From NCBI GenBank assembly GCA_030390025.1, contig CM059433.1, positions 16,680,001 through 16,744,000 of the forward strand: a stretch of 64,000 nt of DNA, in the 5' to 3' direction. The position numbers were made by a program, and so were the translations under genes. This document shows positions 37,981-50,340 of this stretch, one piece after another. Within the stretch, counting starts at the first letter, position 1, and each line of letters starts with the position of its first letter. This DNA comes from Squalus acanthias (lineage: Eukaryota). The notes below the pieces were generated by a model. That model was not told the origin of the DNA, did not search any database, and saw only the letters and a list, made by a program, of their open reading frames with translations.

Positions 37981-39064
37981 TAGTGCAAAGTAACGTCTTG
38001 ATGCAAGCTCACAAATACACAAAAGTGGCTCCCACCCTTAGCGGGGCGGAACAGAAGGCATCGAATGCAACGGACAGCAAAGCCCATGAAAATCTGGGTC
38101 TGCCATGCCATTGGAATTCCAGTAGTCCCAGATTTATATTTGGGAGTGCCACTTACAACAAAAGAACTGCATTACTGCCATTGACGACACTCGCTCAGGG
38201 TAAAAAAGAAGTGCCTACAGACATGTGACCTGGCACAGCTTTTTCAGTGCTTAACCTTGGGAAAATGTGTTTAATCTGTAAATCTTTACACATGAATTAG
38301 TGCGTCATTTGTGACTAATTTCATCTTCTGTTGGAATTCCCCGGCTTCTTATTATCAAAGAGACTTTGTCAAGTAATTCCCTGAGTTTTAGGTTTAATTT
38401 TCTACCTTACATGATTAGCTGCTACAAATGTGACAGGCTTCAATGTTAATTGGATAGTCCCTTGATTCCTTTGCTAAGAAAAACGAAATCACTGCCACAA
38501 GTAGTAATTTTGTCTTGGAAGATAACTCTCAGTTAAGCTTATTACAAAGGTCTGTTAAAGGCCATATGTTAATTATGCTGAAGATTACTTTCAAAAACAT
38601 GGATACGCTCAGAAACTACCAGCTCTTCGATAAAAGCACCTGGTTTCCGATGGTCTTTTCAGGAGTCGGGAGAATGACTTTTATGGAAGGTTGTTCTGTG
38701 CAAAAAAATGCTTTCCCCAAATCGTTTTCCTTTAAGTTATTTGTTAAGCACTGGAGTAATGTGACAACACTAATAAAAGAAGTTCTACCCATGCAGTTAC
38801 CTCGCTCCCTATATCCTCCCTCCCTCCATCATTCAGTAACTACAAAATAGGAAACTGGTTTTTAAGTATAGATTGTACATTCATTTGCTCTGTTTGCATT
38901 TATAAAGTAAGCGGCTGTGTCTACTATTGATGCTCTATAAAGTTATATTTGCCAGTTTGGGCTAGCAATTGGGGTGCCCGGGAGAGGCAAAACAATTCCC
39001 GAGAAAGTGGGAAGAAAAATCAAAGCTGAGTTCATCTAAACCAAATTCATGTATTTCTTAATAA

Positions 39065-39755
39065 CAACAGAAAACGCTGGAAAAACTCAGCAGGCCAGGC
39101 AGCATCTGTGGAGAGAGAAACAGAGTTAACGTTTCAGGTCGAAGACCTTTCATCAGAACTGGAAAAAAGCAGGAAATTAAATAGATTTAAAGCAAGTATA
39201 ATGCTGGGAAAAGGGGGAGGGGATGAAAGAACAAAAGGGAAGGTCAGTGGTAGTATAGAAAGCAGGAGAGATTAAGAGACATTGAGAGACATTAAGAGAA
39301 ATTCAAGGCAAGAGGAGGTGGTAATGTGACAGGTTGAGGCTAGATGAAGTGTGAAATGCGCTGGCGGAATGAAGGACAGCTGCCAGCTTCAGGGAGGGAA
39401 GGAAAAAAGGGGCCAAACAAAAGGGTGGATGAAAAAATAAAATATATATATATGTGATAGGGGCCGTGGTTATGATCTGAAATTGTTGAACTCTATGTTG
39501 AGCCCAGAGGGCTGTAGCATGCCTAAACGATTTCAGAACATCCGCAGTATTTTGCTATCGTATTAGTGTTTGGTCCACTGCCACCTCTCTTCTAGGAATG
39601 CCTACCTTGAAGAAGTTCTGCTCTTCTCCACGAAAGCTCAGTGTAAGCTCAAGGAACAGCACCTCATCTTTCGTTTAGGCACGCTACAGCCCTCTGGACT
39701 CTACATAGAGTTCAACAATTTCAGAAATGTCCGCAGTATTTTACTATCGTATTCA
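39065..39755. mobile_element. Rearranged Penelope-like end: minus-strand 3' end plus an inverted duplicate
   Basis: GIY-YIG C-terminus KLKEQHLIFRLGTLQPSGL on plus (39630-39725) and its reverse complement at 39476-39530; hammerhead at 39124. Confidence 0.85.
39124..39160 (-). ncRNA. Minimal type-I hammerhead ribozyme motif
   Basis: Minus strand reads AGUU-CUGAUGA-A-AGGUC-UUC-GACCU-GAAA-CGUU-AACU: stem I, intact core, stem II, palindromic stem III. Confidence 0.8.
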
Positions 39756-39794
39756 TGTATTTCTTAGCAGCTAACTGGAGTGGACATTTGTAAA

Positions 39795-39970
39795 TTATCT
39801 GGTCACTATCACATCGCTGTTTGTGGGACCTTGCTGTCGCAAATTGGTTGCCACGGTTCCCACATTACAACAGTGACTACACTGCAAAAAAAATGTACTT
39901 CATTGGCTGTAAAGAGCATTGGGACATCCTGAGGTTGTGATAGGCGCTATATAAATGCAAGTCTTTCTTT
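39795..39970 (+). mobile_element. Deu-SINE 3' part
   Basis: attatctggtca...cattggctgtaaag...ataaatgcaagtctttc. Confidence 0.75.
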
Positions 39971-40069
39971 TTTAAATGAGAAGACATCAATCAAGCTCTG
40001 AGTAGTTTATCATAGTATGGGTCTTTTATTGTCTTAAAGCGTTGTACAATTTACTAATTTCACTTTTAG

Positions 40070-41000
40070 GGTTTCCCCAGTGGCTCAGTGGGTAAGTGCG
40101 CCATGCAATGTCTTACTGAGCCATACAGACCAGGAATGCTTCGAGTTCAACCCCTGGCCTTAGCTGAGGTGGCAGTGGGGGTACGGCAATTAGCTTAGCA
40201 TCCCTGGTTGCTGGGATACCCACTCCTGAACCATATTCAGTGACCCCCCCCCCAACTCCCCCCCCGCAAGCTGGGAGCTACTTGTGTGTGAAAAGAGGAT
40301 AAGAATCAGTTGCGATATACCTCAGTGTAAAATAGCCGACTCACACTCACTGTCCCGGCTCACACCTAGAGTATGGTGATCTGCCCCAGGTCTCAAATTG
40401 ACTACAATCGAGGAGGGGAGAAAATTGGGGAAAATAACACAACTGAAGCTTTGGCGCCACGGGTATGCCATGCCTTTCAGTAGGCTAGCGCCAAAAGTGA
40501 TTTGTAGAACTGCTAAAAGTGGCTGCTATCAGCCGAGGAAGAAAACCACCAACTGGTAGACTCGCTTCGATCATTTCCTTTTTAACAAAGGGCACTTTTT
40601 GTTACTCTAAAAATAAAAGTCCTCTCTTGATGGTTAAACTGATTAAGCAAGTGAGTAGCTGAGCTATACAGACCAGCAGGATGGCAATTTCGATCCGTGA
40701 TCTGTGTTGAGTTGGCCAATCATGGCCGGGGCAGCGGAGGGGCAATACAATTTCCCTCAGTACCTTTGGGTTTGAGAGGGTGAAATCAACCAGAGATTTT
40801 GAACCTGATCATTATCAGTGACCCCGCCCCCCCTAACCCTCACCACCCCACCGTCCCTCCCAGGCCCTGTTGGAACTGCGTGTACATTGACATCAGATGA
40901 GATTGGAATGGGCTGCGATGCCCTTTATGCTCAAAATAGCTGCTGAGACCTCTCTGCCGAGGCTCACACTTGAGGTATGGCCACTTGGGTGAGGTACTTA
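40070..41000 (+). mobile_element. Two old tRNA-derived SINE copies (~40070-40420 and ~40640-41000)
   Basis: Head gtggctcagtgggtaag...gagttcaacccc; both share ctgagc.atacagaccag, cagtgacccc and ggctcacac. Confidence 0.6.
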
Positions 41001-41179
41001 AGTGCTGCCAGGAGAAACAAAACACAGACAACCTTCGGTAACTTTCTACCAAATTGAAAGAGCTGACTATCCCAGCTGCTGTTTTCAATCCGTAGAATGA
41101 CCGTGGCTGGGAAGCAGTGCTCGCTGCATGTCTTCCTGAAACATTTCAACATTGAATATGGATTTGTGTTCTGATAAAT

Positions 41180-41560
41180 AATCTGCATTTATATAGCACC
41201 TTATCGTGTCCACAGGATGCCCAAAGTGCCTTACAGACAAACACAACAGCCAATGTACACACTGCAAGGTTGCAAAAGCAGCTATTAAATGAACAGCCAG
41301 ATAATCTGTTTTTGGTGAGGGAGGCATGTTGGCCAGGACACTGGGGAACTCCCTGCTCTTCCTTGAATAAAGTCACAAGAGCTTTTATGTTCACCCGAGC
41401 AGGCAGACTTTGTTTAACATCTCATTCAAAAGATAGCATTTGGAACAATGTAGCACATCCTCCATGCTGCACTAAAGTGTCAGCTACATTGTATGCTCAA
41501 GTCCACAGTGAGGCTTGAGATCTCCTGGCTCAGAGGTAAGTATTGAGCCAAGTTCACACT
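41180..41560 (-). mobile_element. Deu-domain SINE
   Basis: Reverse of the 12325-12750 family. Confidence 0.7.
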
Positions 41561-41701
41561 TACAATTAAAATGTGTGTATAAGTGTTACATTAAGCATTT
41601 ATTGTGCACTATTCTGTCCTGCTGGCATCCCTTCTTTAATATGTACGTGTAGTCCCAGAAGTGTAAAAATATAAAAAGATGTTTGCACTTCAGAAGTGAT
41701 A

Positions 41702-42425
41702 ACATAGAATCATAGAATGATACAACGCGGAAGGAGGCCATTTGGCCCATTGCGCCTGTGCCAGCTCTCTGATAGAGCTAGCCAGTTAGTCCCACTCCCC
41801 CGCTCTTTCCCCATAGCCCTGTAATTTTTTTCCCCTCCAATTCCCTTTTGAAAGTTATTGTTGAATCTGTTTCCACCACCCTTTCAGGCAGTGCATTCCA
41901 GATCATAACAACTCGCTGTGCAAAGTTTTTTTTCCCTCATGTCGCCTCTGATTGTTTTGCCAATCACCTTAAAGCTGTGTCCTCTGGTTATCGTCCCTTC
42001 TGCCACTGGAAATATTTTCTCCTTATTTACTCTATCAAAACCGTTCATGATTTTGAACACCTCTATCATATCTCCTCTTAACCTTCTCTGCTCAAAGGAG
42101 CACAACCCCAGCTTCTCCAGTCTCTCCACATAACTGAAGTCCCTCATCCCTGGTACTATCCTTCCTAAAGTGTGGTGCCTAGAATTGAACACAGTACGCC
42201 AGCTGAGGCCTAACTAGTGTTTATAAAGCTTTAGCATAACTTCCTTGCTTTTGTACTCTATACCTCTATTAATAAAGCCAAACATCCCATATGCTTTTTT
42301 TAACAGCCTTCTCAACTTGTCCTGTCACCTTCAGAGGTTTGTGTACATAACCCCCCAGGTCTCTCTGTTCCTGCTCCCCCTTTAAAATTGTACCATTTAG
42401 TTTATATTGCCTCTCCTCATTCTTC
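41702..42425 (-). mobile_element. CR1 LINE 3' end
   Basis: ERLEKLGL.S.EQRRLRGD.IEVFKIM; (catagaat) tail. Confidence 0.9.
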
Positions 42426-43619
42426 CAAAGGTTTATTACCCATTTGTCACCCTAAAAGATAGAATAGGAAATAACTTAAAGATTCATATTTTTTAATGAA
42501 ATACACTGCACAGTGTACTGCAATATATCCTTGTCATAATGTGGTACTTGGGATTGATCCAAAATGTGACATTTAGCAGGCCCAGCACTGCACTTTCCAC
42601 AGTAACGTAATTAAATAAAGCATTCACTACTCTGATAAGTGTGCTTTTTGTTCTTGGATGCAATCTACAAGGACTTCCTAACAACCAGATAAATTCTGGT
42701 GAAATATACAATTGGTGTGTTGGCTCCCCTGGAAAGATCAGGTGGGGTAGTGCTTTACAGTCCTGAGGAGGTCTTGAAAATGATCAAAGTCTGCTGTAAC
42801 CTGCATTTTCTTGCTATTCAGGAGGGGAATCTCTTTAGTCAGAGGACCAGGAAGGTCACCTGCTGATTTGGCAGAGGAGAAGGAGGAGGAGGAGGAACAT
42901 GAGGAGGTGATACTGATGTGCTGCCAGGAAGACTATTACATCAATCCTTGAACAGTTTTTACTTAAGAACTTCACTTATGGCCCTGCAATAACCATAGTA
43001 CATTAGCGTTATTAACAACATGCTGTGTCTAAGCCCCACTGTCTTTATTAACATCCCAGCTTGTATCTCGCCACCTGTATAATTCCTATATCCTTTCTAA
43101 CAATAAATCTCATAGTGCATTCCAAAGAAAATGTATTTGTCTACTCAAATTCTGTGTCATCTGTTTCCTAGTCTCATACTCCTTCCAAGTGCTATCTCAG
43201 TTGGAGGTGCAAGTATGCCACCTATCTGCAGTAGGGATTTCATGTCCTTGCTGTGGCGATTTCCCTCTTCCTGCTGGATCATGAGATGTCTCGGCAATGA
43301 CTGCCAGTACTTTGGCCCCTGCGTTGGTTGGCAGTTCCTACCTCCTATCTGCCTTTTCTTCAACCCACTGAGCAGGAGGATTAGGTTGGGTAGTTGGTAA
43401 ATGCTTTATCCCTGCCATTCTCTACCATGAGGATGGCCTCAATCGCGATATCGGGTTCATGTCACGATACAGAACGTGACTTGACATCATGGCCAGTCTT
43501 CCCAGGTGTTTTTTTTTTAAAAAAGACTAACACAAGAACCTACACAGATTGACAGGATATGCAGCCAGCAGGTGGTTTGACACGTTGGACCCCCTGGGAC
43601 ACATCTCATTGTCTTGGCT

Positions 43620-43830
43620 GTGCTCTTTGATGTAGGAAAGATTTGAATATATTTTGTCTGTGTTTAAATTGTGAATTCTGGGAGATTCTCTCACTGCTAA
43701 CTTACCTGACGAAGGAGCGAACTGTTCCGAAAGCTTGTAAAATTAAATAAATCTGTTGGACTATAACCTGGTGTTGTGCGACTTCTCATTTTTGTCCACC
43801 CCAGTCCAACGCCGGCATCTCCACATCATG
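43620..43830 (+). mobile_element. Penelope-type terminal repeat (second family), solo copy
   Basis: Hammerhead followed by aataaa.ctgttggactataacctggtgttgtgcgacttctc...ccccagtccaac; matches 57325-57526. Confidence 0.8.
43702..43740 (+). ncRNA. Minimal type-I hammerhead ribozyme motif
   Basis: UUAC-CUGACGA-A-GGAGC-GAACU-GUUCC-GAAA-GCUU-GUAA. Confidence 0.8.
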
Positions 43831-44899
43831 ACTCTCTACCATGCCTCAGCTGCTAGGTACCCCTTGCAGATGACCAGAGATCGATATGGGGGTAGAGCCT
43901 TGGGCGCCACTAAGGACTGTAAAACCTGACATCAAAGTCCTCTCATGCTGACCTCCTAGGTTCTTGAGGCCAGAATTGACGGCCTCCTGCAAATTGGAGC
44001 CTACGGTCTCAATTATGGCAGATACAGTGCTGGCCAACAAATATGCATCTGGGATTGGGCGCTCTGCCCTCAGAGTTCCTCTGTAAATTTCGCTGGAATA
44101 GCCAGTTGCTTCACGGTGCTCCACAGGTTTCCAAAATGCTCTTACATGCCTGCACCAAAGTCAGAGCTGCACTGCTGTGTTATCTCTGCCATTCCATACA
44201 GGAAGCTTTGAAGATTCTCAAAGGACTGCATGAAGTGCATCTGCTGATTAATAAGATTAACTTTGTATGCAACCCCTTTAAGGTACGAATCATGGAGGCA
44301 ACAGTCTTGCACTAGCTTTCGCTTTCTCTTGCTGCTGATCTACCACTACCTCTACTTGCTCCTCGTCACTTGCCCTCAGTGCCTCACTAGATGATCCTTC
44401 AAAGGTAAATGTATCCAAGCTGCTGCTAGCAATGTCTGGAATACCTGAGAGGGGGAGCTTGTGTATAGTGCCAGCATCTTGTTCACCTTTATTTGCAGGA
44501 ACATTGGCTTTGGGAGATCCCTATACAAAGAGAAAAGCAGCATGTGGTAGCATGAGATTCATAGGGAAAAGTCAGTGCATAGTATCAGGGAAAATAATGA
44601 CATGCTGCCAGTGGGCAGGATTGGCAGCATGTTAGTGAGTGGCTGAATTTGAAGAGAAAGCAAGAATAAGTTGAAATAAACACTTAACTTGGGCTGGCAT
44701 GAAGCCACGATGCTCAGAAACATCCTGTATGGGCTCCAACCCATTGTGGCAGATGAGGTACTGCAGGTTGGCCTACATTCAGTGTGAAAGGATGTCTACA
44801 CAACCTTCCTACTCACCAACTCACTCACTCATTCAGATACAAGGTCATGACACACAATACCAATCCCCCAATTGTGGGGAAAATGGCCCCGATATGGCC

Positions 44900-45175
44900 A
44901 TAAATATAAGATAGTCATTAATAAATCCAATAGGGAATTCAAGAGAAAACTTTGAAATGCAGAGAATACTGTAGTTAGAATGTGGAACTCACTACCACAG
45001 GAAGTAGTTGAGGTAAATACTATAGATGCATTCAAGGGGAAGCTAGATAAGCACATGAGGGAGAAAGGAATAGAAGGATATGTTGATGGGGTGAGATGAG
45101 GAGGGTCTGTGGAGCATAAACGCCGGCATGGACCTGTTGGGCCGAATGGCCTGTTTATGTGCTGTAAATAATTTG
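44900..45175 (+). mobile_element. CR1 3' tail
   Basis: gttagaatgtggaactcactaccac...ttgggccgaatggcctg. Confidence 0.8.
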
Positions 45176-46472
45176 TAATACTTCATAAGACAGTGACGTG
45201 CTTGCACTCCCACGCTGGAAGAATGAGGTAATTTGAGGTGCCATGGGGACTTGGTGACAGAACATGCAAAATTATATGAGGTAAAAGAAGCCTTCCTCTT
45301 TGGCAGCCACCAATTTATGGTTACAGTTTTACAGATATGTTAGGGAATAGAAGATGTGAGGGATCAGGCCAGTGCATTCTGTGCTGCAATACTGATGTGG
45401 TACCATGTTGTGCCTGAATCATGCATTGTACAGGAATTCCTTGTATCTTGGTGGGCACACTTTAGTCAACCATATTTTCTCACTATTCCTCAGTCCAGAG
45501 AACTTTTTTCCACATTGACTTCATGACCTATGGATGTGCAAGACTGGACTGACTCTGTTGACCACGCTTGCAGCACATTGCCTCAGTTCAAAGAACCTCC
45601 TCATAAGTAGTCAAGAAACTGTTTTCTTCCTGAGTAGTTTTTTTTCCTGAACTGCCTGCTGGTCCCTTTTAAAGGGCTGTAGTAGCCATTTGAACATGCT
45701 GTAGCAGGGTCAGACATTCCATTTAGGTGCACGCCATCTCCCAGAGCCAGCCCACTGCCTAGGCAGCACCTACTGCACCTAATTAAGGGCCAAATCCAGA
45801 CGCTGAGCCAAGAATTTCCACGTGCAAATAGTCAGGCCGGTGTCCCGCAGTACACCATTCCACCCTGGCAGTCTATCTAAATTGTAAGATTTAACCTGAA
45901 TTCTGGAAAGGCATGTCACTGAAAGCATTATCAAAAGACAAGGGCTCGCTTAACATGAATATCAAATGTTACATATCAGTGTATTGCTAAGATAAACAGC
46001 GCTCAAGCACACAAAAGATCCTGATTGTATAGTGCTAGATTGTATAAATGCAGAGGTTAGACAAGCATGTAGTAAAGGCAGAGTGGTTTTAATGGGGGAC
46101 TTTAACTTTCATATAGATTGGGATAAGCAGACTAGCACCTGTCATAAAGGTAGTGAATTTCTTGAGTGTGTCCGGGATAGTTTTCTACAACAATATGTCC
46201 CAGAGATAACAAGGGGGAAAGCCATATTAGATTAAGTAATGAGTAATGAGCCAGATTTAGTTAACAGCCTAACTGTGCATGAACATTTATCCAATAGTGA
46301 TCATAACATGATCGAGTTCAATGTAGCGTTCGAAAGGGAGAAATGCAAAGCAGCTGCTAAGATTTTAGATTTAGGTAAGGCCGACTTCAATGGGATGAGG
46401 CAGAGACTGTCCACAGTAAACTGGGCAAATCTGTTACTGGGTAAAATGACAGAAGATCAGTAGGAAGATGTT

Positions 46473-47079
46473 GTAAGAATAAGCCATTTGCTGTGAGAAT
46501 TTGCTATAACTTGAGCAAACTTAAAAGTTGACCAAATTTAATATACCTGCATGCTTCGGGAGGTTGAGAGGTTGGTTCCTGTGGGAACTTTGTACGAAAG
46601 CTGTTAATCAGATAAGGAAGCGACAGACCCTAAGCAGGAACAAACGGTTGGGCATTACAAAGACAGGAACAACTTCAGGCAAATGGTGTGAATGGCCTTG
46701 GGGTCCACTGATAAGAAAAGGAAAACAACTGACGACCATTTGTCGCAGTTTGGGACACATACGCATTGAGGGCCCTGCCCAGGTTTTTAGGGTATAAGAG
46801 ATGCTGTTTTAAGACACTCAGGGCTGCTGCAGTCGGGGGCGACCTGGTCAGTTGCCAGAAATCATACGCCTAGTCACTGCCGGATTGACTGCTCGCTGGT
46901 GTTAGTACATATGTAGAGTTGACTTATTATCACTTGATCCTAAAGTAAAGGGATAGCTCTGTGTATGCTGAGGCATAATTGGGAATTATTATACGTTGCA
47001 TAACTGTCGGATGCTTACTTGTAATCTCTTGCTGATTTTAAGTAAAAGACGTTTTTCACAGATTCATTGGGTTTTGTGT
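46473..47079 (+). mobile_element. Solo-LTR-like insertion
   Basis: Interrupts CR1 coding sequence, with TGTT on both sides; (t)gtaag start, TATA-like ggtataag at ~46791, AGTAAA at 47041; no terminal CA. Confidence 0.65.
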
Positions 47080-47446
47080 TGTTCAAAAAATAATTTAATG
47101 TGATACAGAACCAGTTTATACCCCTGAGGGGCAAGAGCTCTACTTGCCAAAAAAAAAGCCATGTGCGACTAAAGAGGTAAGGGACAGCATAAAACTAAAA
47201 GAAAAACCATACACAAATTCAAAAAACAGCACATCTCCTAGTGAATGGGAAAGATACAAAGAACAGCCAAGGGTCACAAAACAAATAGTAAGAGCTACAA
47301 AGAGGGAGAATGAAAAGAAACTTGTAAGGGATATCAAAATCAATACAAATAATTTTTAGAATTACATTCGGAAAAAGAGGGTAGTCAGGAGCAATGTTGG
47401 CCCCTTAAAAACTGAAAGTGTTGATATTGTCAATGATAATAAGGAA

Positions 47447-48982
47447 ATGGTGGACATGTTGAATGATTACTTTGCGTCAGTATTTACAGTAGAAGAAGAG
47501 GATAGCATGCCAGAAATCCCAAGGAAACTAATATTGAATCGGGAACAGGGACTCAATAAAATTAACATAAGTAAAATGACAGTAATGAAGAAAGTAATGG
47601 CACTAAAGAGTGACAAATCCCCAGAACCAGATGGTTTCCATCCCAGGGTTTTAAAGCAAGTAGGTGAGAACATTGCAGATGCCCTAACTATAATCTTCCA
47701 AAGTTCTCTCGATTTAGGAACCGCTCCTTTAGATTGGAAAATTGCACATGTCACTCTGCTATTTAAGAATGGCGAGGGAGGGAAACCAGGGAATTATAGG
47801 CCAGTTAGCCTAACATCTGTTGTCGGGAAATTGCTAGAGTCTATAATTAAGGATAGAGTGACTGAACACCACGAAAATTTTCAGTTGTTCAGAGAGAGCC
47901 AGCAGGGATTTGTGAAAGGTAGGTCATACCTGACAAACCTGATTGAATTTTTTGAAGAAGTGACTAAAGTAGTGGACAGGGGAATGTCTATGGATGTTAT
48001 TTATATGGACTTCCAGAAGGCATTTGACAAAGTCCCACATAAGAGACTGTTAACTAAGGTAGAAGCCGACAGAATTGAGGGCAAATTATTGACCTGGTTA
48101 GGAAATTGGCTGAGCGGCAGGAGACAGAGAGTAGGGATAATGGGTAGGTACTCAAATTGGCAGGATGTGACTAGTGGTGTCCCGCAGGGATCTGTGTTGG
48201 GGCCTCAACTATTCACAGTATTTATTAATGACTTAGATGATGGCATAGAAAGTCATATATCCAAATTTGCCGATGACACAAAGATAGGCGGCATTGTAGG
48301 CAGTGTAGATGAAAGCATAAAATTACAAAGAGATATCGACAGATTAAGTGAATGGGCAAAATTGTGGCAAATAGATTTCAATGTAGGCAAATGTGAGGAC
48401 ATCCACTTTGGACCTAAAAAGGATAGAACAGGGTACTTTCTAAATAGTGAAAAGCTAACAACAGTGGATGTCCAAAGAGACTTGGGGGTCCAGGTACATA
48501 GATCATTAAAATGTCATGAACAGGTACAGAAAATAATCAGAAAGGCTAATGGAATGCTGGCCTTTATATCTAGAGGACTAGAGTACAAGGGGGTAGAAGT
48601 TATGCTGCAGCTGTACAAAACCCTGGTTAGACCACACCTGGAGTACTGTGAGCAGGTCTGGGCACCACACCTTAGGAAGAATATATTGGCCTTGGAGGGA
48701 GTGCAGCGTAGGTTTACCAGAATGATACCCGGACTTCAAGGGTTAAGTTACGAGGAGAGATTACACAAATTAGAGTTGTATTCCCTAGAATTTAGAAGGT
48801 TAAGGGGTGATCTGATCGAAGTTTTCACGATATTAAGGGGAACAGATAGGGTAGATAGAGAGAACCTATTTCCACTGGTTGGGGAGTCTAGGACTAGGGG
48901 GCATAGTCTAAAAATTAGAGCCAGGCCTTTCAGGAATGAAATTAGGAAACACTTCTACACACAAAGGGTGGTAGAAGTTTAG
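47447..48982 (+). pseudogene. CR1 reverse transcriptase region, 511 codons open
   Basis: NYRPVSLTS, DFQKAFDKVPH, GVPQGSVLGP, KFADDTK; upstream endonuclease disrupted. Confidence 0.92.
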
Positions 48983-50164
48983 AACTCTCTTCCGCAAATG
49001 GCATTTGATGCTAGATCAATTGTTAATTTTAAATGTGAGATTGATAGCTTTTTGTTAACCAAAGGTATTAAGGGATATGGGCCAAAGGCGGGTATATGGA
49101 GTTAGATCGCAGATCAGCCATGATCTCATTGAATGGCGGAACAGGCTCGAGGGGCTGAATGGCCTATTCCTGTTCCTATGTTCCTGATTTTTGTTAATGC
49201 TACAAGATCAAACACGATAGGGCCCCTGGTATGAGGGTTCACTGTATTGCCTAGAGATCTAAGTGATATAATTTTATTTCCACTCACGATTCTCACCGTA
49301 ACTCACTCACAGCTGTCATTCATGAGTTATACAGTTGTCTCACTTCAGCAAATAAAAATCATATCACATGGCTCTTCATGAAATGCCCACTCTTTAGTTT
49401 AGTTTATGACTGTTATTCTTAGGATAAGGGCAAAAGTTTAAATATATGTCAAAATCATTTTAATTCCATATTCTGGTTCATCTCACTCGGTTACAGAGAC
49501 TCCAACAAAAACTCCATGAATTTGTTTTCCTTCTCTGCTGGGCTACTAGACGAGTCCCTTGGGAATTGAGTAAATCTAATCACCAGGCCCAGCCTGAGAA
49601 TTTGGCTGCCTTCTGCCTCATTATTCCCACAGGTTTTGTTTCTAAGTTGAAAAGCATTGAGGAGGTTTATTTTGACCACTGGAGTGTGAACAGAGGGATC
49701 ACAAGCTGCACCCTGAAGGTTAGCAAGAGGTGGCAGAAGTGATAACCTATGGTACGGTGTTAGGTGCATGCCCTCCAGACCCCGTTAGTGACGCTCTGGA
49801 CATCTCGTTATGTAAACAAGCAGGACAAACTTATCTACCAGAGAGCAAAAAACAAGAAGGCAAACAAACAAGAAAATGCAAACTTACAACATCTGCCGCA
49901 GAGCAGCAAGTTTTGCTTACCGTTTATAGGTAGCTGCCCCGGCTTTTATCACATGAAAATAAATTTGGGTGGAATTTAAAAAATCAAAACATAGAGGATC
50001 AAAGCATACTTTGGATTAAACAAATCAGAGCTTCAAGTGCCACTGTATGTAGCTTGACTGAACTTAAGTGGAATAAGTTCATCTACAGACATTGCCTCTT
50101 CAGACGATTTTGATTACATGTTTATTAAAGCCTGTGTGTTATGGAATTTCTCTACTGCATATAT

Positions 50165-50340
50165 TAAAAATCTTGAATTTGTGCGATAGTGTAAAATGGG
50201 TGATAGCAAGTCGGCAGCCCGTTTTTATATCTGTCCCAATTTTTGACTTCAATGGAAATACAAATCAGGGGAGATGTAACACGGGCAGCCGATTCGCTAT
50301 CACCTGTTTTACACTATCGCACAATGTCAGGATCGACCCC
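50165..50340. mobile_element. Palindromic hairpin MITE
   Basis: tgtgcgatagtgtaaaatgggtgatagc / gctatcacctgttttacactatcgcaca arms; centre ttgacttcaatgg. Confidence 0.8.

Larger units (their letters stand above)
42720..45870. mobile_element. Heavily decayed third Harbinger element, opposite orientation
   Basis: Plus 42730-42830 encodes LERSGGVVLYSPEEVLKMIKVCCNLHFLA (transposase C-terminus) then an acidic tail; minus 45480-45575 encodes VVNRVS...RS*SQCGKKFSGL (SANT helix). Confidence 0.6.
46030..49185 (+). mobile_element. CR1 LINE ORF2 and tail, interrupted by an LTR-like insert
   Basis: MGDFN and SDHN endonuclease remnants, long RT ORF, CR1 tail at 49110-49185. Confidence 0.95.

Noticed and set aside
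47447..48982. Functional host reverse-transcriptase gene
   Set aside because: It lies within an ordinary CR1 with stops upstream and a premature stop at the end; there is no sign of domestication.
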